Of a DNA stretch of 64,000 nt, positions 1-10,800 are shown piece by piece. The notes beneath the pieces are model-generated. The model made no database searches. It was not told the DNA's origin and saw only the letters and a program-made list of their open reading frames with translations. Source of the DNA: Antechinus flavipes. Lineage: Eukaryota. The stretch covers positions 85,250,001 through 85,314,000 of the forward strand of contig NC_067404.1 in assembly GCF_016432865.1 (NCBI RefSeq), in the 5' to 3' direction. Numbering within the stretch: position 1 is the stretch's first letter; each line of letters starts with the position of its first letter. Both the position numbers and the translations under genes were made by a program.

Positions 1-104
1 AACCCAATTCAAGCCCTTTCTGATGTCACCTCCAGTTCGCCCCCCCCCCCATTCCTCCCCCATCCCCATTCGTGGGCCAAGGTCTCCTTTGGTTTGTGTT
101 TGTT

Positions 105-110
105 TTTATT
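105..110 (-). terminator. Putative KCND1 polyadenylation signal AATAAA
   Basis: TTTATT on the + strand about 1.1 kb beyond the KCND1 stop; canonical hexamer in the expected orientation. Confidence 0.55.
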
Positions 111-1206
111 GGTTTAAACTGCATCCAGTAGGCCACTGGCTTCAAGCATGGGACAGGTGGGGAAACCTGAGACGTGCCAGGAGGCAGGCAAGCAGGCAGC
201 TTGATGGAGGGGATCTAGGACACAGAAGGGAAACTGAGGCAGGCTCTAAGAGCTCTGGAGATGCTGAGGAGAGACCTTAAAGCACCTCCTCCTCCTGGCC
301 CGCCGCCCTTAGTTGCCTCACCAATCATTCACTTGGATCTCAAGGACAAATCAGAGGAATAGCCAGGAGCTCTTTGCATCAAATAGCTGAGTTGGGAGCT
401 ATTGCTTCATATGTCAGGAGGGTGGGAGCGGGACTTTCGAAGGCAGGACATTGGGCCTTCCTCCCTAGGGAGCTGAACTTGTGCTCAGCCGGGCCGGAAT
501 TCTGCTTCTCTTCACAAGACAGTGGATCACTCTCGGCAGTTCTGTCCCTGCTGATCTCCATGCCTGAGGATGATGGGAGGGGATGGGGGAAGGCTCCCCC
601 TTCACTGGGCCACTTAGTCATCTGTCCTCCAGATAAAGAAGGGAAGTCCAAGGAGAGAGCTAGCCATTCACTAAGGAGACAGCAGTCTAAACATTTCCTA
701 GGCAGGAGCCATGAGGAGACAAGCAGAGGGGCCCCTCTGCTGTCACAGCCATCTTGAGGGCAGCCTCTGGCAGGACAGGTGCTAACACATCCGGGAGAGG
801 TACTAAGGGAGCACGCTGACCCCTGCAACATTCCCCGGGGCCAGCTTCCCATCTCAGAGGCGAAAGATCCTGGAGAAGATCCGGGCCAGAGCAGCCTTGG
901 CCCTTTCAGCCAGGCCCAGACAGTGACCCCCTCCCCAAGTCTCATCCTCGGCCATCCCAGCTGCTGATGTTTATGTCTCTGGGGGACAGAGAAGAGGGGA
1001 GATCGGACTCACCCCCCCCACAGCTGACGCACCCCCAAATTGTCCCGTTCAGGGCACTGACAGGGCCCCGCCCCCAATACTAAAATATCTCATTGCATAG
1101 CTTTCGGTGGGAAGAGAAGGGTCGCGGGCCCCTCATCTGCCTCACCCTCTGCCCCCTCCAAATGCGGCAGGGAAGCGACACCCCAAAGGAGGGGGAAGCA
1201 CCCCAA

Positions 1207-4200
1207 TCATAGGGAGGAGATTTTGACAGTGTTGTGGAGAAGATAAGAAGGAGCCAGACTGGAGTTCCGGAGGGCCTCCCCACCACTGCCCCCAGAGGGT
1301 CTTCCCGGCCCCTCTCCGTTGGCACTGCTGGGCGAACGTGGCAGGCTCTCATCTGGGGTGTTGGCGGGGGGGGTGGGGATGCTGATGATGGCCGCCACCA
1401 GGTCCTGACTGTCGCAATTCAGAGTCAGGCTGTCCCGAGTCTTGGCGTTGAGGCTGGCCCGGCTGGTGGATGGAAGCAGAAGGACCGGGATTATCCCCCA
1501 ACCCTTCAGGACTGCTGCGGTCCGGGGCTCAGCTGCAAGATCCACAGCCCCTGCGGTGGGCCGCCTCAGGTAAGTGGGTGCAGTCCCTGCACCTCAGATA
1601 CCTCTCCCATAAGTCCTAACTACAATCCTTTTTGGGGTAAATGTCTCGAGTCCCTGAGCCAGGAAAGGCCTCACGGTCCACCAGGATGTGTTTTGCTCTG
1701 AATTCTCTCATCTTAGTGGGAGGGATTGGCTGGGTGGGCAGGGGCCTGGGCCCAGTGGTCCCTGAGCTCTTTTGTGGCTCCGTTTTCATTAAGTCTATAA
1801 AGCCTTGTTTGCCCCAGCAGCCCCTGGGGCCCCCTCCCCCAAGTTTCACTTCCTTAGCCCCAGGGACTAGGGGCCACATTACCTCTGGGGTCCCGGGCTG
1901 TGGTGTCCAGCAAGAGTGTCCAGCTCCTGCATGCTGCCTCGGCTGACGGAGGCCGTGGAGTTGGCCAGACGGATGGCCCGGCGCTGCTTGGTCCGCCGAG
2001 GGCAGCAGGAGGAGATCAGACCGCTAGCCCGGGTGCCACTTCCCATGACGGCTTGGGAAGACACAGAGGTGCTGCGGCTGGTGTGGCCGCCTAGGGAAAC
2101 GACTCCTAATGCCTCGCTGAAGGCGGATTCGTCTGTGAACTCATGAGACTAGAGGGGAGAGGGGAGAAAGAGAGAGGAGGGTCAGCATATGGGAGTGACG
2201 TGGGGGCCGGGAGGACCCAAGGAAGACACAGGGAGGGAGGCCTCCCAGGGGTCCGAGAGCCCGAGAGACTGCACATCGGGAGCTCCGTTCGAGCAGAAGG
2301 AGAAGGCTATGGCTGCCTGAGGTAGCACCAGAGCACTCGGGGGGTTGGGGGGAGACAGAGAGAGCGCCAGGGAAGGGTCTCACCGTGGTCTTCTCCAGAC
2401 AGTGCAGAAGGTGATGATGCTGCTGTTCAAAAGCCGAGCGGTTTCGTGTGCTCAAGGCCGGCCTTTCGGCACCATCTTGGTCCTAAAGTGCCACGGGTAG
2501 AGCATCAGATGGCCACCCTAGCAACAGGCCCTCAGCCTCACCTCCCCCCATTCCCAGCTTTCAGAACCCTCATCTCGCTCAACTGGTGAGGAAGGGCTGC
2601 AGTGCTGGAGAAGTGCCCTCCCCGCCAGGGCAGAGGCTCACCTCCAGGTCCCTGTTGCGCTTGTATTGAAGGAAGGCCGTCGTGGTCCCGCTCTTAGCCA
2701 TTCGGATCCTCGCCAAGCGCACCTTCTGCTGGGCCCGCCGCTTGTCAGCTCGCTGGTTCTGATGGTAGATTCGGCTGAAGTTGGACACGATGACGGGCAC
2801 CGGCAGGGCGATGACCAGCACCCCGCTGAGTGAGCAGATGGAGCCAAAGATCTTTCCTGCAATTGTGCTGGGCACCATGTCCCCGTACCTGCGGGCACAC
2901 ACCCAATGCCAGATTCTGGCTCTCCCTCAGCCTTACTCTGACCGAGGAGGCCACGGAAGGGAACCTCGAGAACCTCTGGCCCATGTGGAAGGAGCACTGA
3001 AGCTCAGCCCTCAGTAAAGACTGCTCAGGGCAGAGCCTCAGAGGCCTGCAGCAGGACTGCCCATTTCTGTCTGTACCCACGGGCAGGCACAGATGAGGGG
3101 GAAGGAGATAGGTGACCCGGGGCCCTCTCTGTTTAACCCTCTCTGGACATCCTTCCCAGGAAGCTCTTGGGATGAGGATAGGAACGGGAAAAGCCATATG
3201 TGATCTCCAGGTGCAACCCAGACATTTTACAGAGAGGGAAACTGAAGCCCTTATGGAGACAAGGCTTCCTCGAGGGCACGTGAGAGGCAACAGAACCAGG
3301 TTTTCAACACCCCCCCCCCCCCCCGGAGCCTCGCTTTCTCTGTCTAATGAGCGCTGTGCAAGATATACTTCCTAACCCTAAGCCGGCTCCCAGCTGCCTC
3401 TGAAGGGCTGGTGAGTCTGGCTAGGGCCGCCAAGCCACTGTGGGGGAACAGCCAGTGGCCCCCAGACTTCTGGATCCACCCCGTTGCTTGGATATCCTCA
3501 GGCCCTTACTGTCTCCTCTACAACCACCCGGAGCAGAAAACCTCAGTGTCAGCAGTGGGCATCCCTCCAAGTGACCCGGGCTAAGTGCTCTTGCCCTCTC
3601 TGTGCCTCAGTCTCCAATTTCCTCTCTACTTCTGGAAGTCCCACTTTGGCCTTGTTACTGTGAGGCTCCCTAAAGAGAAAACTGCGAAGGTAGGGAGGAA
3701 GTGACGCAGAAAACCAGGAAAGCATCAAGCCTGGCATCAAGACAAACTGTTAGAAAGACCTCGAAGACCCAAGCAGGGCAGCGAGTGAGCGCACCCAGCT
3801 CCCGAGGGCATGAAACTCGAGAAGGCTCAGGACACAGAGCAAGTCATACGTTTTTGGACGTGGTCAACGTGGGCATCTGCCTCGTGTGACTATATGTGTG
3901 TGTCACAGAAGCTTTCCTTGCCTTTTCTTAATTGTTCAGGGGGGAGGATGGAGGAGGGGGAAAAACCCAACCCCACTTCTTAGTCGAAAGAGAATAAAAT
4001 TAATCTGAAGGGAAGAAAAAAAAAATCAAGAGAGCCTTGATCTCTTCTTAAGATGCTGGAAGTCCATCGTTTGGCCATTTTGGATTGAGAAGCAGGATGA
4101 CATCGGGATCCCCTTAACTCCCTGTGTGACCCAGAGCAGAGCCCCCACAGCCCCTTTATCCCTGAGAAATGAGGGAGCTGGGCTAAGTGGCTCCTGAGCC

Positions 4201-6362
4201 CCCTTCTGACTCTTTGATTTGGATTGTTGTTGCGATGACAGCAGACTGCCGCCCCTCTTCTTCCCCTCGTCCCCCACCCCCACTGTTCTCCATGCCCCAG
4301 GATGAATCCCTCCTCTCTTATCCTGTAACAAAAAGGGGACTGGGCCCTAAGAACATCTCAAAATCCCTTTCGGGTCTGGGGACTCGACAAATCAAACGTC
4401 TTACCCACCATCACTCCCATGGAGAAATAGCCCTCAGACTCCAGAACCCCTACCCCAAATCCAGAACCTCGACATACTGGGTGATTCCAGCCTCGATTTT
4501 TCTTCCCTGGCCTCCATCCTTCTGACAAAAAGAGACACAATGGGATATCGGATATAACACGTTGGCCTCGGAGTCGGGAGACGTGGGTTCCAATTGGCCA
4601 AGCCCCTCGGCCTCTCCGAGCCCCACTCTGTGACATGGGAACGCTAATCACACTTATCGCTGTCAGTGGTGTCATCCTTTGGGTCGAGTCACTTACCCGA
4701 GAGTGGTCATAGTAACGATAGTGTACCAGAAGGCAGCCGGGATGCTGGTAAAGTTGGTCTTGCTGGTGCCCTTCTCAGCATAGAACATGACAGTGGCGAA
4801 GATGATGATGGCCATGGTGAGAGAGAAGAGGAGAAAGCCCAGTTCAGAAGCGCAGCTCTTGAGCGTGTAGCCCAGAATCCGAAGGCCCTGTGAGTGTCTA
4901 GAGAACTTGAAGATCCGGAACACTCGGAAGACACGCAAGGTCACGAAAGCCCCAGACACGTCGTCGTTCTTGGGCATGAAGAGCCCGATGTAATATGGCA
5001 AGATGGCCACGGCATCGATGAGACTCATGACGCTGCGGAGAAAGCGGCCCCGACTAGGGGCTGCGAACAGCCGCAGGAGGTACTCCCCCGTGAAGATGAG
5101 CACACAGGCCGTATCCATGCAGAAGAAGGCCAGGGGGAAGCGATCTCCACAGGGTTCTTCCCGCCAACCAGGACGGCCACCAGCTCCACCGCTTCCACCC
5201 CGACAAGGGATGGTCTCCACCACGTTGGCGATGACAGAGACCGCGATGAAGAAGCCTGTCACGTAGTAGAACACCAGCGCCATGGTGCTCGTGTGGGGGT
5301 TCTCGAAGGCTCTCCACAAGCGCTGGCGAAAGGGGCTGCCGGGAGGCAGGGCCCAGTCGGCCCCGGCCCCTCCGGGCCCCCCCAGCTCGGCTTCCTCATC
5401 CTCAGCCAGGCGTTCGGCGTTCTCTTTCTTGCGGTCTCGGTACTCTTCCAGACAACAGTCACCGATGAGCTCCGGCACGATGCCATAGAAGGCTAACTCC
5501 TCATCGAAAGCCTGAGGGATGGGAAGGGACTAAGAGAAGGGGGGAGGAGGGAAGGGGACAGTGCTCCCCCCTCAATGTGCTCCCTCCCCCATCCCAGCAG
5601 GGAAGAAGATTCCCAATCTCCTCCTTGGCCCCCAGCCATTTTCTCTCCTTGGGGGTTGGGGTGGGCCCTGGCAGCCAGCCAGCCTGGGACTCCCTTAACT
5701 GCCCAGAGGCCGGAGCCTGAGACTGGGAAACCCCGTCTGCCCCGGGAGAGGCTTATTTCTCTGGGATAGAGGTTTGGGGCTCCACCCAGATTCCTTCTCC
5801 CCCCCTCCCCAGCCCAAGAAAATCTTTTGAGCCTTTCCCTGTGAAGCTGCCGGGCCACCCATCTGCTCGCTCTCGGGGAGCCCCAGTTCTTTGTCAGAGT
5901 CCTGTCTGTGTCCCCAGACAGAAAAGGAGAGACCCCCCCCTTTCCCCTCCCCCCCTTAGCTCAACTCCCTCTCTAGAGACAAATGGTGCCCCTCCCCACC
6001 CCCCACCAGGCAGGCCCGAAGCTCACCTGGATGCACTCCTGCCTGGGACAGTGCAGCCGGCCGGTCCGGTAGAAGTTGAGGACGTGCCTGAAGAGGTCGG
6101 GGTCCCGGTCAAAGAAGTACTCCCCCGAGTCTGGGTCGAAGAAGAACTCCTTCTCAGAACTGCCCAGCAGCGTGTCCGGGTAACGGGCCAGCGTGTTCTT
6201 CCACGTCTGGAAGCGGCGCCCGCTGACATTCACCACCAGCACTTCATCACTGCGGGCCTCGCACCCCTGGGGAGCCGCGGGCAGGGGCTGCTGAGCCAGG
6301 GGGAGCCAGCCCACAGCGGCCGCCCTGGCGAAAGGCAGCCAGGTCGCTACCCCAGCTGCCAT
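1207..6362 (-). CDS. KCND1: Voltage-gated K+ channel Kv4.1 (Shal family), 6 coding exons, ~672 aa
   Basis: Exons (minus): 6027-6362, 4697-5511, 2642-2888, 2384-2482, 1883-2148, 1207-1462, all GT-AG and in phase (2019 nt). N-terminus [20 protein letters not shown]1 domain, S4 [19 protein letters not shown], pore TMTTLG|YGDMVP, C-terminus VKISSL. Confidence 0.97.
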
Positions 6363-7120
6363 AGTCCCAGGCCGCCCGGGGCCGCCTCAGGCGGGCATCT
6401 GCCTGAGAGCAGGCGGGCTGCAGCTGCGGGAGAGGAGCAGCCGGGATCCGGGCCCAGGTGGCACAGGCCCAGGAGCCGACCGGCCCGGGAGGAGGACGGG
6501 GAGCGGGGCGGCCAGCGGCGGGCCGCGGGTCGTGACGGGTACGGGGCAGGGAGGGCCAAGGGCAGGGCCGAGGCGGGCGCGGAGGGGGGGCGGCCGAGAG
6601 CCAGGTGGAGCCGGAGAAAGGGCGGCAGCTGTGGGAAGTGAGCACTGGCGGGGGCGGGGGCTCCCCGGGCCGGACGGCCGGGGCTTCGGCTCCGCGGCCC
6701 GGGCCGCCCCAAAGGGCAAGAAGGGATGTTCCCCGGGGGCAAGGACTGCTGGGGGTCCAGGTGGCAGCAGGCGCCGGGACCAGAGCAGAGAGTGAGGCTG
6801 TGGGGCTGGGGCTGGGCTCTGCGCAGGGGAGGAGACTGAGGCCGAGGGGCGGGGCCCCGAGGGGCGGGGCGGCGGCCGGGACCGGGGTCTCCCCGCAAGC
6901 AGGGGAAGGGAGATTCTCCTGGTCCTCGGCCTTCTCCCGGCCCCTCCCCCTGCTTCTCGGCGGGGGCGGGGCCGGGGTGTCGGGGCTCCCCACTGCAGCA
7001 GCGGCTCCAGCTCCTCCATGCTGCGGGACAGCAGAGGGGAGGGGCCCGCCTCTGTTGGGGAGGGCGCCTGGCAGCAGCTGCCGGCCCCCCAGCTTCCATT
7101 TTTTCGGGGGGAGGGAGGAA
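6340..7120 (-). promoter_or_regulatory. CpG island, KCND1 promoter/5' UTR
   Basis: CpG-dense with GGGCGG boxes immediately upstream of the KCND1 ATG at 6362. Confidence 0.75.
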
Positions 7121-7313
7121 ATCCCTAGCTCTCGGTGGGGGGCCCCTCCCAGTCTAGTCCGGGTCCCCGCTGCCCCTCCTCTTCTTTTCGGCTACCTCCC
7201 TCCGGCCCTCCCTCCCTCCTTCCCTCCCTGGGTCCCTAGGGTCCGAGCTCAGCAGCACTTAGCTGGAAGGCCAGATCGATAGGCGGGGGAGGGGGAGGGA
7301 GGCCAGCGGAGCC

Positions 7314-7319
7314 TTTAAT
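7314..7319 (-). terminator. Putative GRIPAP1 polyadenylation signal ATTAAA
   Basis: TTTAAT on + about 560 nt past the GRIPAP1 stop; variant hexamer just before the KCND1 CpG island. Confidence 0.45.
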
Positions 7320-7875
7320 GTGCTGGAAGGGAGGGGGAGGGAGTGCAATTGGCGCTGTGTCGTCCTTCAGACAGCTTGGGGGGGAGGGAGAGGGGGCGGT
7401 GCTGCTGAGGGGGCAGGCAGGTGTTCCCACGGAGACCCAGAGAATCTTGGGTAAGGGGCTGTTGGCTCCTAGCTCTTGTAAATGGGCTTCCATCCATTGG
7501 CAAGATTGAGGGAGACCGTGATGGGCAACCAGAGGGCTTGGGGAGAAGGCCCAGACCACCCCCTTCAGCCCCCGATGCTCAGCAAATAAGAGGCGACCAG
7601 GTTTTCAGGCAGGAGAGGAAGGTAGGACATTATTTTTTTCAGGGGAAACGGAGCACACAAGTCAGGGCCTTGACAGCACGTTGGCGCAGCACGGTGGACT
7701 GCTGACCTCGATCCCGGGCTCTCTGGAGCGTGAACCACTCCCCTACCCCCCCAAAGTGCAGCAGCCGCTGTGGGCCAGGAGCCATAAATAGAACTGGGTC
7801 ACACACAGTCATGCACGGGGACGGATGCGAGCTGGGGGCCGGGTGGGCGGTGGGCAGGCTAGGGGGCTGGCCATC

Positions 7876-10800
7876 TCAACTGGCCTCTCCGGATCCGGCC
7901 GGGGATGGCTCTGTGCCCCCAACACATTCCTTGCTGAGCCTGACGATTTCCTGGGAGAGAACTTCCATGTCCTGAGGGCAGAGAGCAGGAAGTCAGCCCT
8001 GCCCAGGGCTGCAGGTCCCCCCTGTCCCCCCCAGGCTCTGCCCGGTCCCCCTCCCCCGCACCTTGTGGAGGTGCATGTTTTTGGTGAGCTGCTCTTCCAA
8101 CATGTTCTGGAGCTTCTTGTTCATCTCCCGGAGGTTCTCGTCCCCTGGCTTCACCAGGTCCCGCAGGACACTGCCCAGGCCGCTCCTGTCTGTGTGGCCT
8201 GAGGGGCCCGACACGTCTGCCAGGTCAGAGGATGGGGCCTGAGACTTGGGCCTTGGTATTTCCTGCCCCCCACCCCTGCCAGCTTGGACCCAGACCCAGA
8301 AGGGGGCAGGAAGGGTTAGTCGGGATTGAAAGCTACCAATGCGGCTGTCCATGACATAAGTCTCAATGATGGCGCTCTTGCGGCACAGGTCCTCCGCCAT
8401 AGAGGCACTGCTCACCTCCAGGTGCTTGACCTGTTAGGGCCCGATCACAAATGTGGTCACGGTGCCGACCCTGGCCCCCCGGCCCTCCCCTCAAAGACCC
8501 AGCCTGGGCACCTTCTCCTCCAGCATCCACTTCTCTTGCTGCGTCTCCGCCAGCCTCTCAAAGAGCTCAGCCACCTCCTCATCCGAAAGCTCTGCTGGCC
8601 GAGCCGGGCCTGGGGGGCTCCCTGAGGATGACTAGAGAGGGCCATAAGACCTTGGGCTGCCAAGTCCCCCCCCCCCCCCCCCCCTCCCCAGTCTCTCCCC
8701 ATCAGATCCCGGGCCCAGCCACATTCGTGTGAGACGTCATCCAGACCCGCTCCCTCTGCCGAGCAAGCTTTGGACACCCGTGGTCTTCTCCGTGGAGCCG
8801 AGACCAAGCTCCAGCGTGTGTGAGCAGGCCAAGAGAGAGCCACCAGGCTGCCCGCCCTCCCACTGCCCTCCCTTCTACCCAGGGCTGAGGGGTGGAGATG
8901 TGGCGGCTAACTCGCTGTACCCGAGCAGGGCCAGCTGAGCCCTCCTTCTCCCGGAGGATCTCCCGGTAGCTGAAGGAGGAGACGCTGCTGCTGTCGCCCG
9001 TTTGGGCCCGGCTGGGGGAGCTCATCTCTGACAGGACGAGCTCCTCAAAGCCTGGGGGACACAGGGGGAGAGGCCTCAGGCCTCAGACAGACACTCCTCC
9101 CCAGCCTGTCTCGGGGGCTCCCCGGTCCGCTCCCTGTTCCCATCCCTGCAACCGGGCGGCCTCTTGCCCACTCCCCATTCCCATTTCCACGTTCAGGGGC
9201 TTCCGCTCACCAGAGCGGCTCTTGCTATTGGTCAGGAACTCCTGGAGCCGCTCCTGCAGCTTGTCGGCCCTCTTCCGTTCCAACTGCAGCTGCCGCTTCA
9301 GGTCCTTCAGCTTTGGGAAGATACACAAGGAGGACAAAAGGGGGTGCTCAGAGGGCAGGGGCTGGGACCGGCCACGGGGCTCTGGGGCTGGATGTCCTGG
9401 GCCGTGTGCTCACCGTGGCGCTCCCTTTCTTCTCGAGGATGCGCTGCCCATCCGCCACATCCTTCACTTCCTGCTGCAGTCGAGCGATGGTGTCGAGATG
9501 GCCGCCACACAGCGCCTCAGCCTCCTGCAGCTGGCCCTCCGCGGCCCGGACCTCCTCTTCTTTCCGCTAGAGATGACCGGAACCGTGAGCCCGACAGGTT
9601 GGGCCACCCCCGGACACCCCCCACCTCCTAAGGGGGCACTTGGCCCACCTGCAGCTCGGCTTTGTGGCGCTCCTCTTGCACGTGCAGGTTCTCCTCGTGC
9701 TCCTGATGCTGCTCCTCTAGGGCCTCCTGCATGGGAAGAGCATGGGGCTGACTAGACGCAGCAGGGCTGCTGGGACCCGCGCACCAAGCTGGGGCGTGCC
9801 GGGGGCCGCACCTCTGCCTCTTTTAGTCGCCGCTCGAACCAGCCCTTGGCTCCCTCCATCGACTGCAGCTGGGCACGCAGCTCCTCCACCATCTGCTGCA
9901 GGCTCTCCAGATCCCGGGTCCGTGCCTGTGGGGAGAGGAGGCCCGCTGGCATCTCCCCCCTTCCCCCAGTGCAGATCAAAGGCAACACCAAGGCCCAATT
10001 CCCAGACGGGAAGGCCCCTCTCACTAGATGGCTCTACTTCTGCCAGGGCCCAAATGGCCTCCTGGCCCGTCGTGCCATCAGAGGGACTTCCTAATGTGGG
10101 GGTCTGACCGCATCGCTCCCGTCCTCACTGAACTCCAGTGGCTCCCCAGGATCGAATATGGAACTTCAGTCTGGCGCCCTGAGGCCGTCACAACTGAGTT
10201 CCGGCTACTTCTGTCTCAGCGTGACTCCCCGTATGCTCACGCTGGGCCTTTGCCCGGGGTTTCCCTCGCGGGAGGAAAGCTAGAAAGGAAGCTTCCCTCC
10301 TCGGTGTGGGGTGAGGACTCCCACCTTCTCTTCCCGGATCTGGGCCCGGAGCTCTTCCTCCTGTCGCCGCCGACCATCGTGGAGCTGCCGGAGCTCCCGC
10401 TCGTAGCGTGCCCTCACCGCTAGCACGTCCTTCTCGGCCTGCAGTCGGGCCGAGCCCAGCTCCTCCTTGTGCCTCGACTTTTCCTGCAGCGCCTCGGCCG
10501 CCACCTCATCCAGAAGAGCCTTCCTCTTTTCGGCGCTCTGTAGGGAAGAATTGAGCTGGACTCCCGAGGCTCTGAGACCCCAACTCCCCCCCTCGCCCCT
10601 CTAGGACCCCCAAACACAGCCAACTGCCCTCTCCTCTCAGCCCTTCACACAGACCAAACTCTGCCTCCAACAAAGGAAGCCCAGTGAGTCTGCCCCACTA
10701 GGTCATGAGCGGGAAGGGAACAATTGGCAAAAGCCAGCTTCCCAGAAGAGTCAGGTGTTCCCAACGGTCCTAGGGCTGTGCGAATGGCCCCCGAGTTCCT

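Noticed and set aside
6247-7282. Several 200-270 aa Pro/Gly/Arg-rich ORFs on both strands (also at 21.5-23, 37.4-39.6, 43-44 and 56.5-58.5 kb)
   Set aside because: GC-rich CpG-island or antisense-to-exon ORFs with low-complexity composition and no domain.
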